From Alteromonas naphthalenivorans (GTDB taxonomy: Bacteria; Babelota; Babeliae; Babelales; CAIQNR01), in the NCBI GenBank assembly GCA_047631715.1, contig JBLICC010000001.1, forward strand, positions 32,149 to 96,148: a stretch of DNA of 64,000 nucleotides, read 5' to 3'. A model generated the notes under the pieces. The model saw only the letters and a program-made list of their open reading frames with translations. It did not search any database and had not been told where the DNA came from. This document shows positions 29,176 to 38,257 of this stretch, piece by piece. How positions within the stretch are numbered: the stretch's first letter is position 1; each line of letters opens with the position of its first letter. A program made the translations under genes and the position numbers.

Positions 29176-30375
29176 TTATTCTATAACAACGCTGATATTA
29201 GATTTATTAGATGCCGAAGCAAGACTTGCTAATTGATCAGCTGATGCTTCTGTCTCGTCTATAGGAGTACTTACAGTTCTTACATAATTTTGTTTAGTAA
29301 AAGGGGTTGTTTTATCAAAATTTAAATATGCAGTGTTTTGAATATACAAATTTGTTTGACTACCAAGTGCTTCATCATCATGAAAACCAAATTCATTACG
29401 AATAGCTGTGTTGCCTTCAACAGTTGTTTTATTTGCAGATTCTAGGCGTAAACCGTATGAATCTTTTGCAGCTAAATCTGCTTTATTGCTTGTCATAGTG
29501 CAATCTTTTACATGTACTAAATCGCATTGATACAAGTGAATGCCCATACCGTCAGCATTACTGGATATGTTATTGTTACAGGTGCAATTGGTAATAGTAT
29601 TGCTAAAGGTATCATCGCCTGCTTCTGTAATATAAATGCCAACTGCATCGAGATATCCTTTGTTGTTATTGCAAATACAGTTGGTTAGTGAGCTTGCTGT
29701 ACAGCTGGTTAAGTTGATACCGTATGAAGTTGCGTTGGTGATAGTAGTAATATTACGTAGGGCGGAGCTGTCTTTAATTGATACACTTTCTGAATTTCCA
29801 AAATAAATACCATGAACATGGGTAGTGGCTGTTGTATTACGTACGTTTAAGTTGTATAAGTCTGCATGATGAACGTATGTTCCTATAACACCACCATTTG
29901 TGTTAGAAACTACATTAACATTTTCTATTTTAAGATTGGTAACTTCGTTTCCTAATGTTCCTTCAACGTAAATTCCATAGTTTTTAAACCCCATAATGGT
30001 GCCATCTTTGATGGTCACATTCTTTACGCCAGCTTTAATATAAATACCATAGGGTGTTCCAGTTACCGCACTGTTGCACCATAAAATCTGATTGTTAAGA
30101 TCGATTGTAATATTGTCTTTATCAATACAAATGGCCGCAGCTGCAGTGTCACTTGTTTTGTATTCAATGCTTATAACAGCTAAGTGAACACCAGATTGAG
30201 CAGTGGGAGTAAGGTTTTGTAGTGTGGCAAAAGGATATTGGTATTCTTCTGTGATAGCTGCAATGCTGAGTCCAACGCCGGGGCCATAAAGAGTGGCGCC
30301 AGGAGCAGATTGTGCATTACTGAGTGTTGGAATCAAGATAGTGAGTGCGAGTAGTATATGTTGTATTTTTTTCAT
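29176..30375 (-). CDS. Secreted right-handed beta-helix protein
   Basis: RBS GAGGA favours the start MKKIQH at 30375. DNITIDLNN, NVTIKDGTI; ends NISVVIE. Confidence 0.8.
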   Translation of the reverse strand: MKKIQHILLALTILIPTLSNAQSAPGATLYGPGVGLSIAAITEEYQYPFATLQNLTPTAQSGVHLAVISIEYKTSDTAAAAICIDKDNITIDLNNQILWCNSAVTGTPYGIYIKAGVKNVTIKDGTIMGFKNYGIYVEGTLGNEVTNLKIENVNVVSNTNGGVIGTYVHHADLYNLNVRNTTATTHVHGIYFGNSESVSIKDSSALRNITTITNATSYGINLTSCTASSLTNCICNNNKGYLDAVGIYITEAGDDTFSNTITNCTCNNNISSNADGMGIHLYQCDLVHVKDCTMTSNKADLAAKDSYGLRLESANKTTVEGNTAIRNEFGFHDDEALGSQTNLYIQNTAYLNFDKTTPFTKQNYVRTVSTPIDETEASADQLASLASASNKSNISVVIE

Positions 30376-30395
30376 TCTTTGTTCCTCTTTATAAA

Positions 30396-31997
30396 TCATC
30401 CTATAACCTCTAGGCTTACGTTTTGATACGGATTAATACCGGTTAAACTACCCATGCTACCTTGGTTAACGGTGGTTGTTATATTAAATTCTCCAGGGTT
30501 ATAATCGAGATGGAAGTTTTGAGCTGTGTTTGGAGCAACTTCATCACCATTGTTAAAGAAGAAGCACCGTGTTACAAGAGCAGAACTGTTAGCACCTTTG
30601 TTGTCTAGTAGTCCAATACCTTGGTTTTGAGTTGCAGATCTATTGTGTGTAATGCTGCAGTTGTCGATAACGCATCTATCGGTATTGTATAAATTTATGC
30701 CAATTCCCCAAGCTGCGTTCGAGTTACTATTTTGATTTCGAGAAATACAATTTTGAATAATAGAATGCGTTTCTGTTTGCAGATCAAACCCAATACATTC
30801 GGCAGCAGTTATAGCGCTTAATGAAATTTGAGATCCTATTGCCTCGCATTCATCCCAAATGTTGCCTTCTCCACTGATAGAATAGAAACTTCTTCCGCCT
30901 CCACCGGCAATATTGGCTGCACTACCTGCATTGTTATAAGAACTTTCGCATTTAGTTGTTTTACAGTATTTTGCTGTGTTTAAAGCAAATCCATATCCAA
31001 CTGCATTACCTTGATTTGCATTAGCGGTACAATTTTCCCATAAACAACCATTTACGCTTACGGCTGCAAATCCTTGACCAAATCGATCACCTGTTGTACC
31101 TGCTCCCCAGTTTCCATTTGCGGTACAATTAATAAACGAACAAGCACTAGAATTAGTTTCTACTGTAAATCCAGCTCCTGATTTTCCATGATTACCAGAA
31201 GCATCACAGTTGGTAAATACTACGTTGGTACAACTTGTAATGAGAGCACCGTATGCATCAACGGTTTGTACTGTTCCTGTATCGCAACGATTAAAAGCAG
31301 AATCATTAACTAAGATATTAATGCAATTATCCATGCGAAGACCTACGGCATCGGTTCCAGTAAGTCCTTTTGATCGACCAACCATTGAGTTTTCTATAAT
31401 ACAGTTGGTGATCATATTTTGTGTGGTTGCATTGGCATCTGCATCACCGTCAAGATAAATGCCGTTTTTTACGCATTGTGTAATAGTTAGATTTTGCATA
31501 CGAACATCATCACAATTGGTTCTTACTAATATACCAGTGTCTTGAAAACCAGTAATGTTACCGTTTCGTACCACAACGTTGTATTTTGAAGGTGCAATAA
31601 TAATGCCTGTTTGATTAGAAGTTAAAGTTGCACCACTGTTATTGTAGAGTGTGTAGTTTCCTAAATCGATAACAACATCGCTAGAATCAACATAAATAGC
31701 ACAAGCACTCACAACAGGATCAGCGTCAAGATTGGCAGTGAGTGAAGTATTGCGGCCTTGATAGCCAATGTTTTCGGTAAGGTAGTAACTACCCGGGGTA
31801 GTAATAGAAAAGGTGGTAATCAGATCAACTTGGCCTTTTGCTCTAAAGTTGTATTTATCAATAACGTTTATGTATTTAGCATTGGGTGCTGCTTGAGTTG
31901 GATTTGCCTTAGTGGATCTTGTTGCATCTGCTTCGGCACTAAAAAGTGGAGACAGAGTGACGAGCAAGAGTGCAAAAAGTGTACGGTTACCGTGCAT
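30396..31997 (-). CDS. Secreted right-handed beta-helix protein
   Basis: Signal peptide, FSITTPGSYYLTENI, SDVVIDLGNYTL; ends YQNVSLEVIG. Confidence 0.82.
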   Translation of the reverse strand: MHGNRTLFALLLVTLSPLFSAEADATRSTKANPTQAAPNAKYINVIDKYNFRAKGQVDLITTFSITTPGSYYLTENIGYQGRNTSLTANLDADPVVSACAIYVDSSDVVIDLGNYTLYNNSGATLTSNQTGIIIAPSKYNVVVRNGNITGFQDTGILVRTNCDDVRMQNLTITQCVKNGIYLDGDADANATTQNMITNCIIENSMVGRSKGLTGTDAVGLRMDNCINILVNDSAFNRCDTGTVQTVDAYGALITSCTNVVFTNCDASGNHGKSGAGFTVETNSSACSFINCTANGNWGAGTTGDRFGQGFAAVSVNGCLWENCTANANQGNAVGYGFALNTAKYCKTTKCESSYNNAGSAANIAGGGGRSFYSISGEGNIWDECEAIGSQISLSAITAAECIGFDLQTETHSIIQNCISRNQNSNSNAAWGIGINLYNTDRCVIDNCSITHNRSATQNQGIGLLDNKGANSSALVTRCFFFNNGDEVAPNTAQNFHLDYNPGEFNITTTVNQGSMGSLTGINPYQNVSLEVIG

Positions 31998-32013
31998 AGC
32001 TACTTCCTTTTTA

Positions 32014-34146
32014 TTAACTAGTGATACTTACGTTATAGTAATCAGGTGTATTAGAAAGATCGATCAAGCCATCCATATTAGTTTCTATTCTTGGCCAGTT
32101 TCCAGGAGTGGTTGTACCAATCGCAAGATCCATATAATAGTTGGTTACTACGCGAGTTGTTGTATTACTATCTGAGTTTCCAAATGCAAAACATTCAATA
32201 ATGATATTCTTGGTATTTGCTGCATCGTCTCGTATACCATAGGCAGTTGTTCCAGTAAGAGCAGAGGTACAGTTTGAACTTGCTTCGCAACTTCTTACTT
32301 GGCAGTACTGACAATCTTCAAGCTTCATACCCACACGACTTCTTCTTGTATCTAGATAAATACCGATTGCATTTGCGGTATGATTATAAAGAGCACCGTG
32401 TCCACGAGCCTTACAATCAATTAATGAACTTTGTGCTTCTGAAGATAAGTAGAAACCAATTGCACCTTCGCCATCGGTTCCAGTTGCAGTACCAGCAAAG
32501 TTATTTTCGGCAATGCAGTTTCTCCAAAGATTACCAATACCACTTACAGAGAAGAAACCGGCAAACATTGGATTAGCACTACTTACTGTATTGCTATTTC
32601 TCATACTGTTGGCGATGCAGTTTTCTGCTATACAACCAATTGCGTTACTATATAGGAATCCTTGGGCTTCACGTTTTGCAGTGTGTCCAGAAGAGATACA
32701 GTTGTTGAAGGTGACTGCAGTTGATGTTTCTACGAAAAAGCCTGTACATGTTTCGGTACTCGTTGAATCTATTGCGTGGTTACCTTGAGATTCGCAGTTA
32801 TCAAAAATGGCACCTCTAACATTGATTAAGTTAAAGCCAGCTACGCCATCGCCTAAATGACCACCGGATTTTACATTTTGACATCTAATGTTGGTACAGG
32901 TAGTAAAGTAGACACCAAATGCTTCTTCACCAGGTGTGGTTACAACACATTTTCCTATGGTGGTATCTTGAATGAGGATACTTTCTGCAAAACTAAATTT
33001 TAAACCATTAACATCATTATTGTCATTTCTAGTTGCTCCAGAGATGTTACAATTTTTAATAACAACATCGGATATAACAGTAGCTGTTCCTTCTGCACCT
33101 GTAAATACAATGCTGTCTTTACAGCCAGTTGTTCGAACACCATCAAGTATAATACCGTAACAACCATTGCCAAAAGTCATGTTAGTTGTTGTTGATGTAG
33201 CAATGTTGCAGTCTTTTATAAGAACATTGTGAACTGTTGTACCGATATTGATTCCTGTGCCAGCTATATTTGCAATATTTAAATCAGAAAACAACATATT
33301 GTAGCAAGCGCTGTTGCAAATAATTCCGTCTGAAGCTGTACTACCAGCAATATTCGTAATTTTACCATTTTTAATTTTTACGCCAAAACAAGTACTTGCA
33401 AGTGAAATGCCAGATTTAGCGGCTGTGGCAATACCATTTATTTTAAAATTCTCTATAACTAAATCTTCTACGGCACCAGAAACATTTATGCCATGTCCGA
33501 GTGTAACTCCAATAATATTTATGTTATTAAAGGTAAACGCGTTACCGGTAGTTACTAAAATAGCATCTTCGCGTGCTGTATCTTCGATGGTCATATTATA
33601 TATTCGTACATTATCGCAGTTAGCAGCAAATTCAATTGCGGTACCATTAGCTGCTCGAATATGCCCATTTTGAATAGAAATGTTCTTTTTTCCATTGATT
33701 AAGATTACAGGAAGATCATTTGTTGATGCTGATCCATCAATGGTGTGTCCAGCAAGATCTAGAACCACATCATTTGCATTAATACAAATAGTTGCAACTG
33801 CTGTGGTTGTAGGTGCTACGTATCCTGTAAGGGTGTAGTTTCCACCTGAAGTAATACAGTATGAATCGTTTCCCGCATCTGTAATATTACCGGCTGAAAT
33901 GTTTGTCCAACTTTCACCCGTTGTTGATTTTGTGGGTACGATTACTGGGGGAGAACCTATGCCTGTAGTTATGTTTGAAATTAAGATTGGAGTTGTATCT
34001 GTGTCGCTACCTGAAGGATAGCTATCTGCGGGATAGGCAGAGAGAGGTTGATTTTGATTGAGTTGTATGTTGTCGCTAAGGCTTGCTCCGTGGAGCGTAG
34101 TATTAAATAGTACGATACTGAGTAATATCTTTTTTAAAATGTGCAT
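32014..34146 (-). CDS. Secreted right-handed beta-helix protein
   Basis: Signal peptide, NDVVLDLAGHTIDG. C-terminal half closely paralogous to 26073-29141 (SSxNCT..GTTAYGI, VTNYYMDL.IG..NWP); ends YYNVSITS. Confidence 0.82.
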   Translation of the reverse strand: MHILKKILLSIVLFNTTLHGASLSDNIQLNQNQPLSAYPADSYPSGSDTDTTPILISNITTGIGSPPVIVPTKSTTGESWTNISAGNITDAGNDSYCITSGGNYTLTGYVAPTTTAVATICINANDVVLDLAGHTIDGSASTNDLPVILINGKKNISIQNGHIRAANGTAIEFAANCDNVRIYNMTIEDTAREDAILVTTGNAFTFNNINIIGVTLGHGINVSGAVEDLVIENFKINGIATAAKSGISLASTCFGVKIKNGKITNIAGSTASDGIICNSACYNMLFSDLNIANIAGTGINIGTTVHNVLIKDCNIATSTTTNMTFGNGCYGIILDGVRTTGCKDSIVFTGAEGTATVISDVVIKNCNISGATRNDNNDVNGLKFSFAESILIQDTTIGKCVVTTPGEEAFGVYFTTCTNIRCQNVKSGGHLGDGVAGFNLINVRGAIFDNCESQGNHAIDSTSTETCTGFFVETSTAVTFNNCISSGHTAKREAQGFLYSNAIGCIAENCIANSMRNSNTVSSANPMFAGFFSVSGIGNLWRNCIAENNFAGTATGTDGEGAIGFYLSSEAQSSLIDCKARGHGALYNHTANAIGIYLDTRRSRVGMKLEDCQYCQVRSCEASSNCTSALTGTTAYGIRDDAANTKNIIIECFAFGNSDSNTTTRVVTNYYMDLAIGTTTPGNWPRIETNMDGLIDLSNTPDYYNVSITS

Positions 34147-34167
34147 ATAGCTTTCCTTTTATATATT

Positions 34168-35787
34168 CTATGTGATCTTAATATCGATATTAATATAGGG
34201 TAAAAGTTGATCGGTAAATGATCCGCTCATAGAATTATAGGTTGCAGGGCCTATTTTACTAACTCCGGTTAGGGCATAATTGTTCATTGTTGTGCCGATT
34301 CCATTATTGAAGGTAAAGCAGTTAGTAACAAATGTTCTTGGAGTTGCTGCAACATCTCTAATGCCGGCTCCTTGGCTAGCTGTATTTGATTTATTATTGG
34401 TTACTCTGCAATTGTCGATAGTACAAAAGAATGATGGACTTACTAGAGTATTTCGTAAATTAATTCCTACTCCCCATTGTAAAGCAGCATCAGATCCATT
34501 ATTAGATGATTCGCATCCTTGCACAAGAGAGAAGTATTCAGCATCAAGCTCAATTCCAACTGCCATGGTAGCAGCAGGTGCTTGAGATGAAACTGATTGT
34601 CCTTTTGTTACGCAATCTCTCCAGAGATTTCCTGTACCCGTAATGGAATAACATCCACGTGCACCGTGTAAGTTACTTAATCCAGAGTTGCCACCACGAT
34701 TATTGAGTGCTGTGCATTCGAATGTTTCGCAATACTGAGCGTTCGAGTAAAAGAATCCATGTGCAGTTTGTGTAGCTTCGTTGCCGCTTGCAGTACAGTT
34801 GTTCCAGGTACAAGCGCGTACAGTACTTCCAGAGAATGCATAACAAACACCTTTGGTAGAATCATATGCTGTATTTGCAATAATTGCGTTATTACCGTTA
34901 GCAGTACAATTTATAAATTGGCAACCAGTAGAAACTTCGCTTGCTGTTGTTCCACTTAATTTAAATCCATACGCATTATTACCATAATTACCACTTGCAT
35001 CGCAGTTGTTAAATATAATGTTGGTACCACTTACTACGAGTGCACCGTAAGAATCTTTTGGTACGGCAAGGCTTCCTGCGTTTGCGTATCCAAAAGAAGA
35101 ATCTTTTACCACAATGTTGTAGCAGTTGAATAACTTAAGACCGTAAGCATCTTCGGCACTGGTGATACCGGTTGTTTCTGCTACGGTTATATTGTCTATG
35201 GTGCAGTTGCTAATTTGATTTGAATCGGTGATTGCTGTGTTAGGAGTTCCGGCAAAGACGATTCCGTTTTTTAGACAATTACCAATGGTCATATCTTGAA
35301 TACGCACGTTGTTGCATTGTCTTCTTACAAAAATTCCCGCATCTACAAAACCAGAAATGTTTCCGTTCTTAATAGAAACGTTATGCCTATTTCTTTGAAT
35401 ATCGATTGCTTTTTGAGTTGAGGTATTGGTGTGACCGGTAGTGTCGTTACTATAAAGAGTAAAGCCGCCAAGATCGAGAACAACATTGTTTGATTTAATG
35501 TAAATGGCGCATGATTGGCCGTCGTTGGCTACATTGTTTTGTCCGTCAAATCCAATATCTTGTACCAGAGTGTAGGTTCCAGGGTTTTCTATGGTAAAGG
35601 TTTCTACCAGAGTGGTATCGCCAGCTTTTCTAAAATCTGCTTTGGATACACCGCGCATATAATGGAAGCTGGGAATAGATTGACGGGAGTTTGTATCTAC
35701 ACTTTTATATGTTTCTTGAATAATATTAGCGTGTATTGTGGTGAGGGTAAAAAACGTGATGGTGAAAAGTTTTAAAAGAGCTTTCAT
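34168..35787 (-). CDS. Secreted right-handed beta-helix protein
   Basis: Signal peptide, FTIENPGTYTLVQDI, SNNVVLDLGGFTL. Paralogous to 30396-31997; ends YINIDIKIT. Confidence 0.82.
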   Translation of the reverse strand: MKALLKLFTITFFTLTTIHANIIQETYKSVDTNSRQSIPSFHYMRGVSKADFRKAGDTTLVETFTIENPGTYTLVQDIGFDGQNNVANDGQSCAIYIKSNNVVLDLGGFTLYSNDTTGHTNTSTQKAIDIQRNRHNVSIKNGNISGFVDAGIFVRRQCNNVRIQDMTIGNCLKNGIVFAGTPNTAITDSNQISNCTIDNITVAETTGITSAEDAYGLKLFNCYNIVVKDSSFGYANAGSLAVPKDSYGALVVSGTNIIFNNCDASGNYGNNAYGFKLSGTTASEVSTGCQFINCTANGNNAIIANTAYDSTKGVCYAFSGSTVRACTWNNCTASGNEATQTAHGFFYSNAQYCETFECTALNNRGGNSGLSNLHGARGCYSITGTGNLWRDCVTKGQSVSSQAPAATMAVGIELDAEYFSLVQGCESSNNGSDAALQWGVGINLRNTLVSPSFFCTIDNCRVTNNKSNTASQGAGIRDVAATPRTFVTNCFTFNNGIGTTMNNYALTGVSKIGPATYNSMSGSFTDQLLPYINIDIKIT

Positions 35788-35838
35788 TACCTACCTTCCT
35801 TTTTTATTGTGGTATGGATAGAAAAACTAGATTTTTTT

Positions 35839-35876
35839 AACTTAGAAATCTCTTATATATTTGTCAACATATAAGA
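35839..35876 (-). promoter_or_regulatory. Putative sigma70 promoter of the beta-helix locus with an overlapping palindrome
   Basis: Minus strand TTGACA (35867-35862), 17-nt spacer, TAAGTT. The inverted repeat TCTTATAT-N10-ATATAAGA (35851-35876) brackets the -35. Confidence 0.55.
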
Positions 35877-35895
35877 AAATAAAGAAATTTAAAAG

Positions 35896-36612
35896 CTACT
35901 CTATATTGGAATAGACATTTTGGGTATCTTCAAGCGATTCAAGATCACTCAAAAATTCATAGGCTTTTTCGGCATCAGCTTCAGAAAGATCTGCTCGATC
36001 TTTTGCTACCCATTCGATTTCTGCGCTTTCGATAGTAAGACCAGCTTGTACAATGCCTTGTTTAACTTGTTCCAGTGCTTTCATGTCGCAGGTAACAATA
36101 AACAGATCATCATCTTTTTGAATATCATCTACATCAAAATCGATTAATTTTTCTAAAAGTTCATCTTCGGATAAAGATGCACCAGTTGCTTTAATCAGAC
36201 CTTTTTGAGAAAACATCCAACTTACAGATCCATTTTCTGCAAGATTACCGCCTTTTTTTGTGAATGTGCTACGGACTGCAGCAACTGCTCTATTTTTGTT
36301 ATCGGTTAGAACTTCGAGCATAATTGCGATTCCAGCAGGTCCATAACCTTCGTACATCATCTGTTCGTAAGAAGTACCAGGCAGTTCGCCGGTTCCTTTT
36401 AGAATGGCACGCTTAATATTTTCTTGAGGCATGTTGATCTGTTTTGCTTTATCTACTAAAGTTCGCAATCGAGGATTGCCAGAAACATCTCCGCCACCGT
36501 CGCGTGCAACAACAGTAATTTCTTTAACAAGTTTAGTAAAAGATTTTCCGCGCGATGCATCTTCTTTTGCTTTTTTATGCTTAATGTTTGCCCATTTTGA
36601 ATGGCCTGCCAT
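35896..36612 (-). CDS. yebC: YebC/PmpR family protein
   Basis: MAGHSKWANIKHKK, YEGYGPAG, TDNKNR, and C-terminal QNVYSN. Confidence 0.96.
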   Translation of the reverse strand: MAGHSKWANIKHKKAKEDASRGKSFTKLVKEITVVARDGGGDVSGNPRLRTLVDKAKQINMPQENIKRAILKGTGELPGTSYEQMMYEGYGPAGIAIMLEVLTDNKNRAVAAVRSTFTKKGGNLAENGSVSWMFSQKGLIKATGASLSEDELLEKLIDFDVDDIQKDDDLFIVTCDMKALEQVKQGIVQAGLTIESAEIEWVAKDRADLSEADAEKAYEFLSDLESLEDTQNVYSNIE

Positions 36613-36635
36613 GATTAAAGACTCCTTACGTTAAG

Positions 36636-37655
36636 TTAGACAATTGCCTCTTGTCCAAAGTATTTTTTCTGTAAAAAGGGTAGCTTTTTGTAGGCGATTT
36701 GTCGACCTCGGGGAGTTTTCTCTAAATAACCCTGACGTAAAAGATAAGGTTCATAAACGGTTTCCAGAGTATCTTTATCTTCACCAACAATAGATGCTAA
36801 TGTTTCTAATCCAACTGGTCCACCGCTAAAATGTTCCATCATCTTTCGTAGAATCATATTATCTACCGTGCTTAAGCCATCGTCGTCGATACCTAAAAAG
36901 GCAAGAGCTTTGCGAGCAAGATTATCATCAGCAATAGGCACTTTTTTTACTTGAGCAAAATCTCGCACACGTCTAAGCATTTTTTTTGCAATTCTGGGTG
37001 TGCCACGAGAAGACTTTGCAATACGTAATGCTGCTTCTGGACTAAGATTAATTTTTAAGAACTTTGAACTTTGTAAAATAATTTTTTGAAGATCTTCGAA
37101 TGTGTAATAATCAATGCGTTCGCTAATACCAAATCGACTCCGTAGTGGAGCGGATATTTTTCCACTTTGAGTAGTTGCGCCAATCAGAGTAAAGGGATGT
37201 AATGGCAGGTTGATAGATTTTGCTCCAGCACCTTGGCCAATAATAACATCGATCCTAAAATGTTCCATGGCGCTATACAAAACTTCTTCTACTGTAGTGG
37301 GCATGCGGTGAATTTCGTCAATAAACAAAATGTCACGTGGATCTAGGCTAGAAAGAATGGCTACAAGATCTCCCGTGCGTTCCATCATGGGACCAGAGCA
37401 AATCTTTATTCCTACGTCCATCACCTGTGCCATAATTTGAGAAAGGGTGGTTTTACCAAGCCCTGGTGGTCCAAACAAAAGCATGTGGTCAAGAGACTCT
37501 TCTCGCATCTTGGCTGCTTGTGTGTAAACCTTAAGTTTTTCTTTAAGTTTTTCTTGCCCAAGGTATTCATCAAAGCTTTTGGGCATAAAATCATACTGTT
37601 GTTCTTCAGGTGTTTCTTGCAGCGTAATAACGTCTATAATTTCTTTTTCTTCCAT
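36636..37655 (-). CDS. ruvB: Holliday junction branch-migration helicase RuvB
   Basis: GPPGLGKTT, FIDEIHR, FTLIGATT, SRGTPRIA, GGPVG, YEPYLL, TPRGR. Confidence 0.97.
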   Translation of the reverse strand: MEEKEIIDVITLQETPEEQQYDFMPKSFDEYLGQEKLKEKLKVYTQAAKMREESLDHMLLFGPPGLGKTTLSQIMAQVMDVGIKICSGPMMERTGDLVAILSSLDPRDILFIDEIHRMPTTVEEVLYSAMEHFRIDVIIGQGAGAKSINLPLHPFTLIGATTQSGKISAPLRSRFGISERIDYYTFEDLQKIILQSSKFLKINLSPEAALRIAKSSRGTPRIAKKMLRRVRDFAQVKKVPIADDNLARKALAFLGIDDDGLSTVDNMILRKMMEHFSGGPVGLETLASIVGEDKDTLETVYEPYLLRQGYLEKTPRGRQIAYKKLPFLQKKYFGQEAIV

Positions 37656-37840
37656 TGAAACTCTTTTAGTAGAGAGGTTTTTCTTAAGCTTATACCAAAA
37701 GCTTTAATCTATACATTTTAATCTTAAAACGTTATATATTTAAGCCTAATGGTGGTATTGGTTTAAGAAAGTGTTGATTTTGAGTATCTGGATATGTTAT
37801 TGTGATATTTATATTGAAATTTTAAATAATGGAGAATGAA

Positions 37841-38194
37841 ATGAAAAAGTTTTTGTTTTTAAGTTTATTGATAGTTGCGGTAAGTGTGCAATCTGCTGAT
37901 ATACCAGAAATTCCGTCACCAAAAGATATACTTGGTTCTGAACGATATGAAGGAACCATAGATTATGTTGTTCCAATGGGAAAAAAGATAGGTATGAACC
38001 ATAGAAAACATATAGAAAGAGAGTATGTAAAAGGATGGAATGCTCAAATGAATAAAAAAAAGCTTTCGAACTCATGGCGTGAGGATATGTCAAGTATTGC
38101 TTGGCAAGGATGGCTAGATGCGCAGGAACATAAATGGCATAGAAATTTTGAATTATTGAATGAACTAAAAGAGAAAGTAGAAGAAGTAATTTAA
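37841..38194 (+). CDS. Small secreted protein with an Rmf-like motif
   Basis: RBS GGAG places the start at MKKFLFL. Signal peptide; EREYVKGWNA...AWQGWLDA. Confidence 0.55.
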   Translation: MKKFLFLSLLIVAVSVQSADIPEIPSPKDILGSERYEGTIDYVVPMGKKIGMNHRKHIEREYVKGWNAQMNKKKLSNSWREDMSSIAWQGWLDAQEHKWHRNFELLNELKEKVEEVI

Positions 38195-38214
38195 TATATT
38201 ATTTGATATTTATG

Positions 38215-38254
38215 AAAAAGAGCCAGTTGAGAATATCAACAGGCTCTTTTTTTT
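38215..38254. terminator. Bidirectional intrinsic terminator
   Basis: AAAAAGAGCCAGTTGA-loop-TCAACAGGCTCTTTTTTTT between convergent genes. Confidence 0.8.
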
Positions 38255-38257
38255 AAG

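Noticed and set aside
13526..35787. Prophage or tailocin
   Set aside because: No capsid, terminase, portal, sheath, tube, baseplate, lysis or integrase genes. All products have Sec-type signal peptides.
19274..35787. Classical autotransporters (Pmp-like) or a pectin-degradation locus
   Set aside because: None of the beta-helix proteins has a fused C-terminal barrel, and there are no sugar transporters or catabolic enzymes nearby. Enzymatic activity is not excluded, but nothing here supports it.
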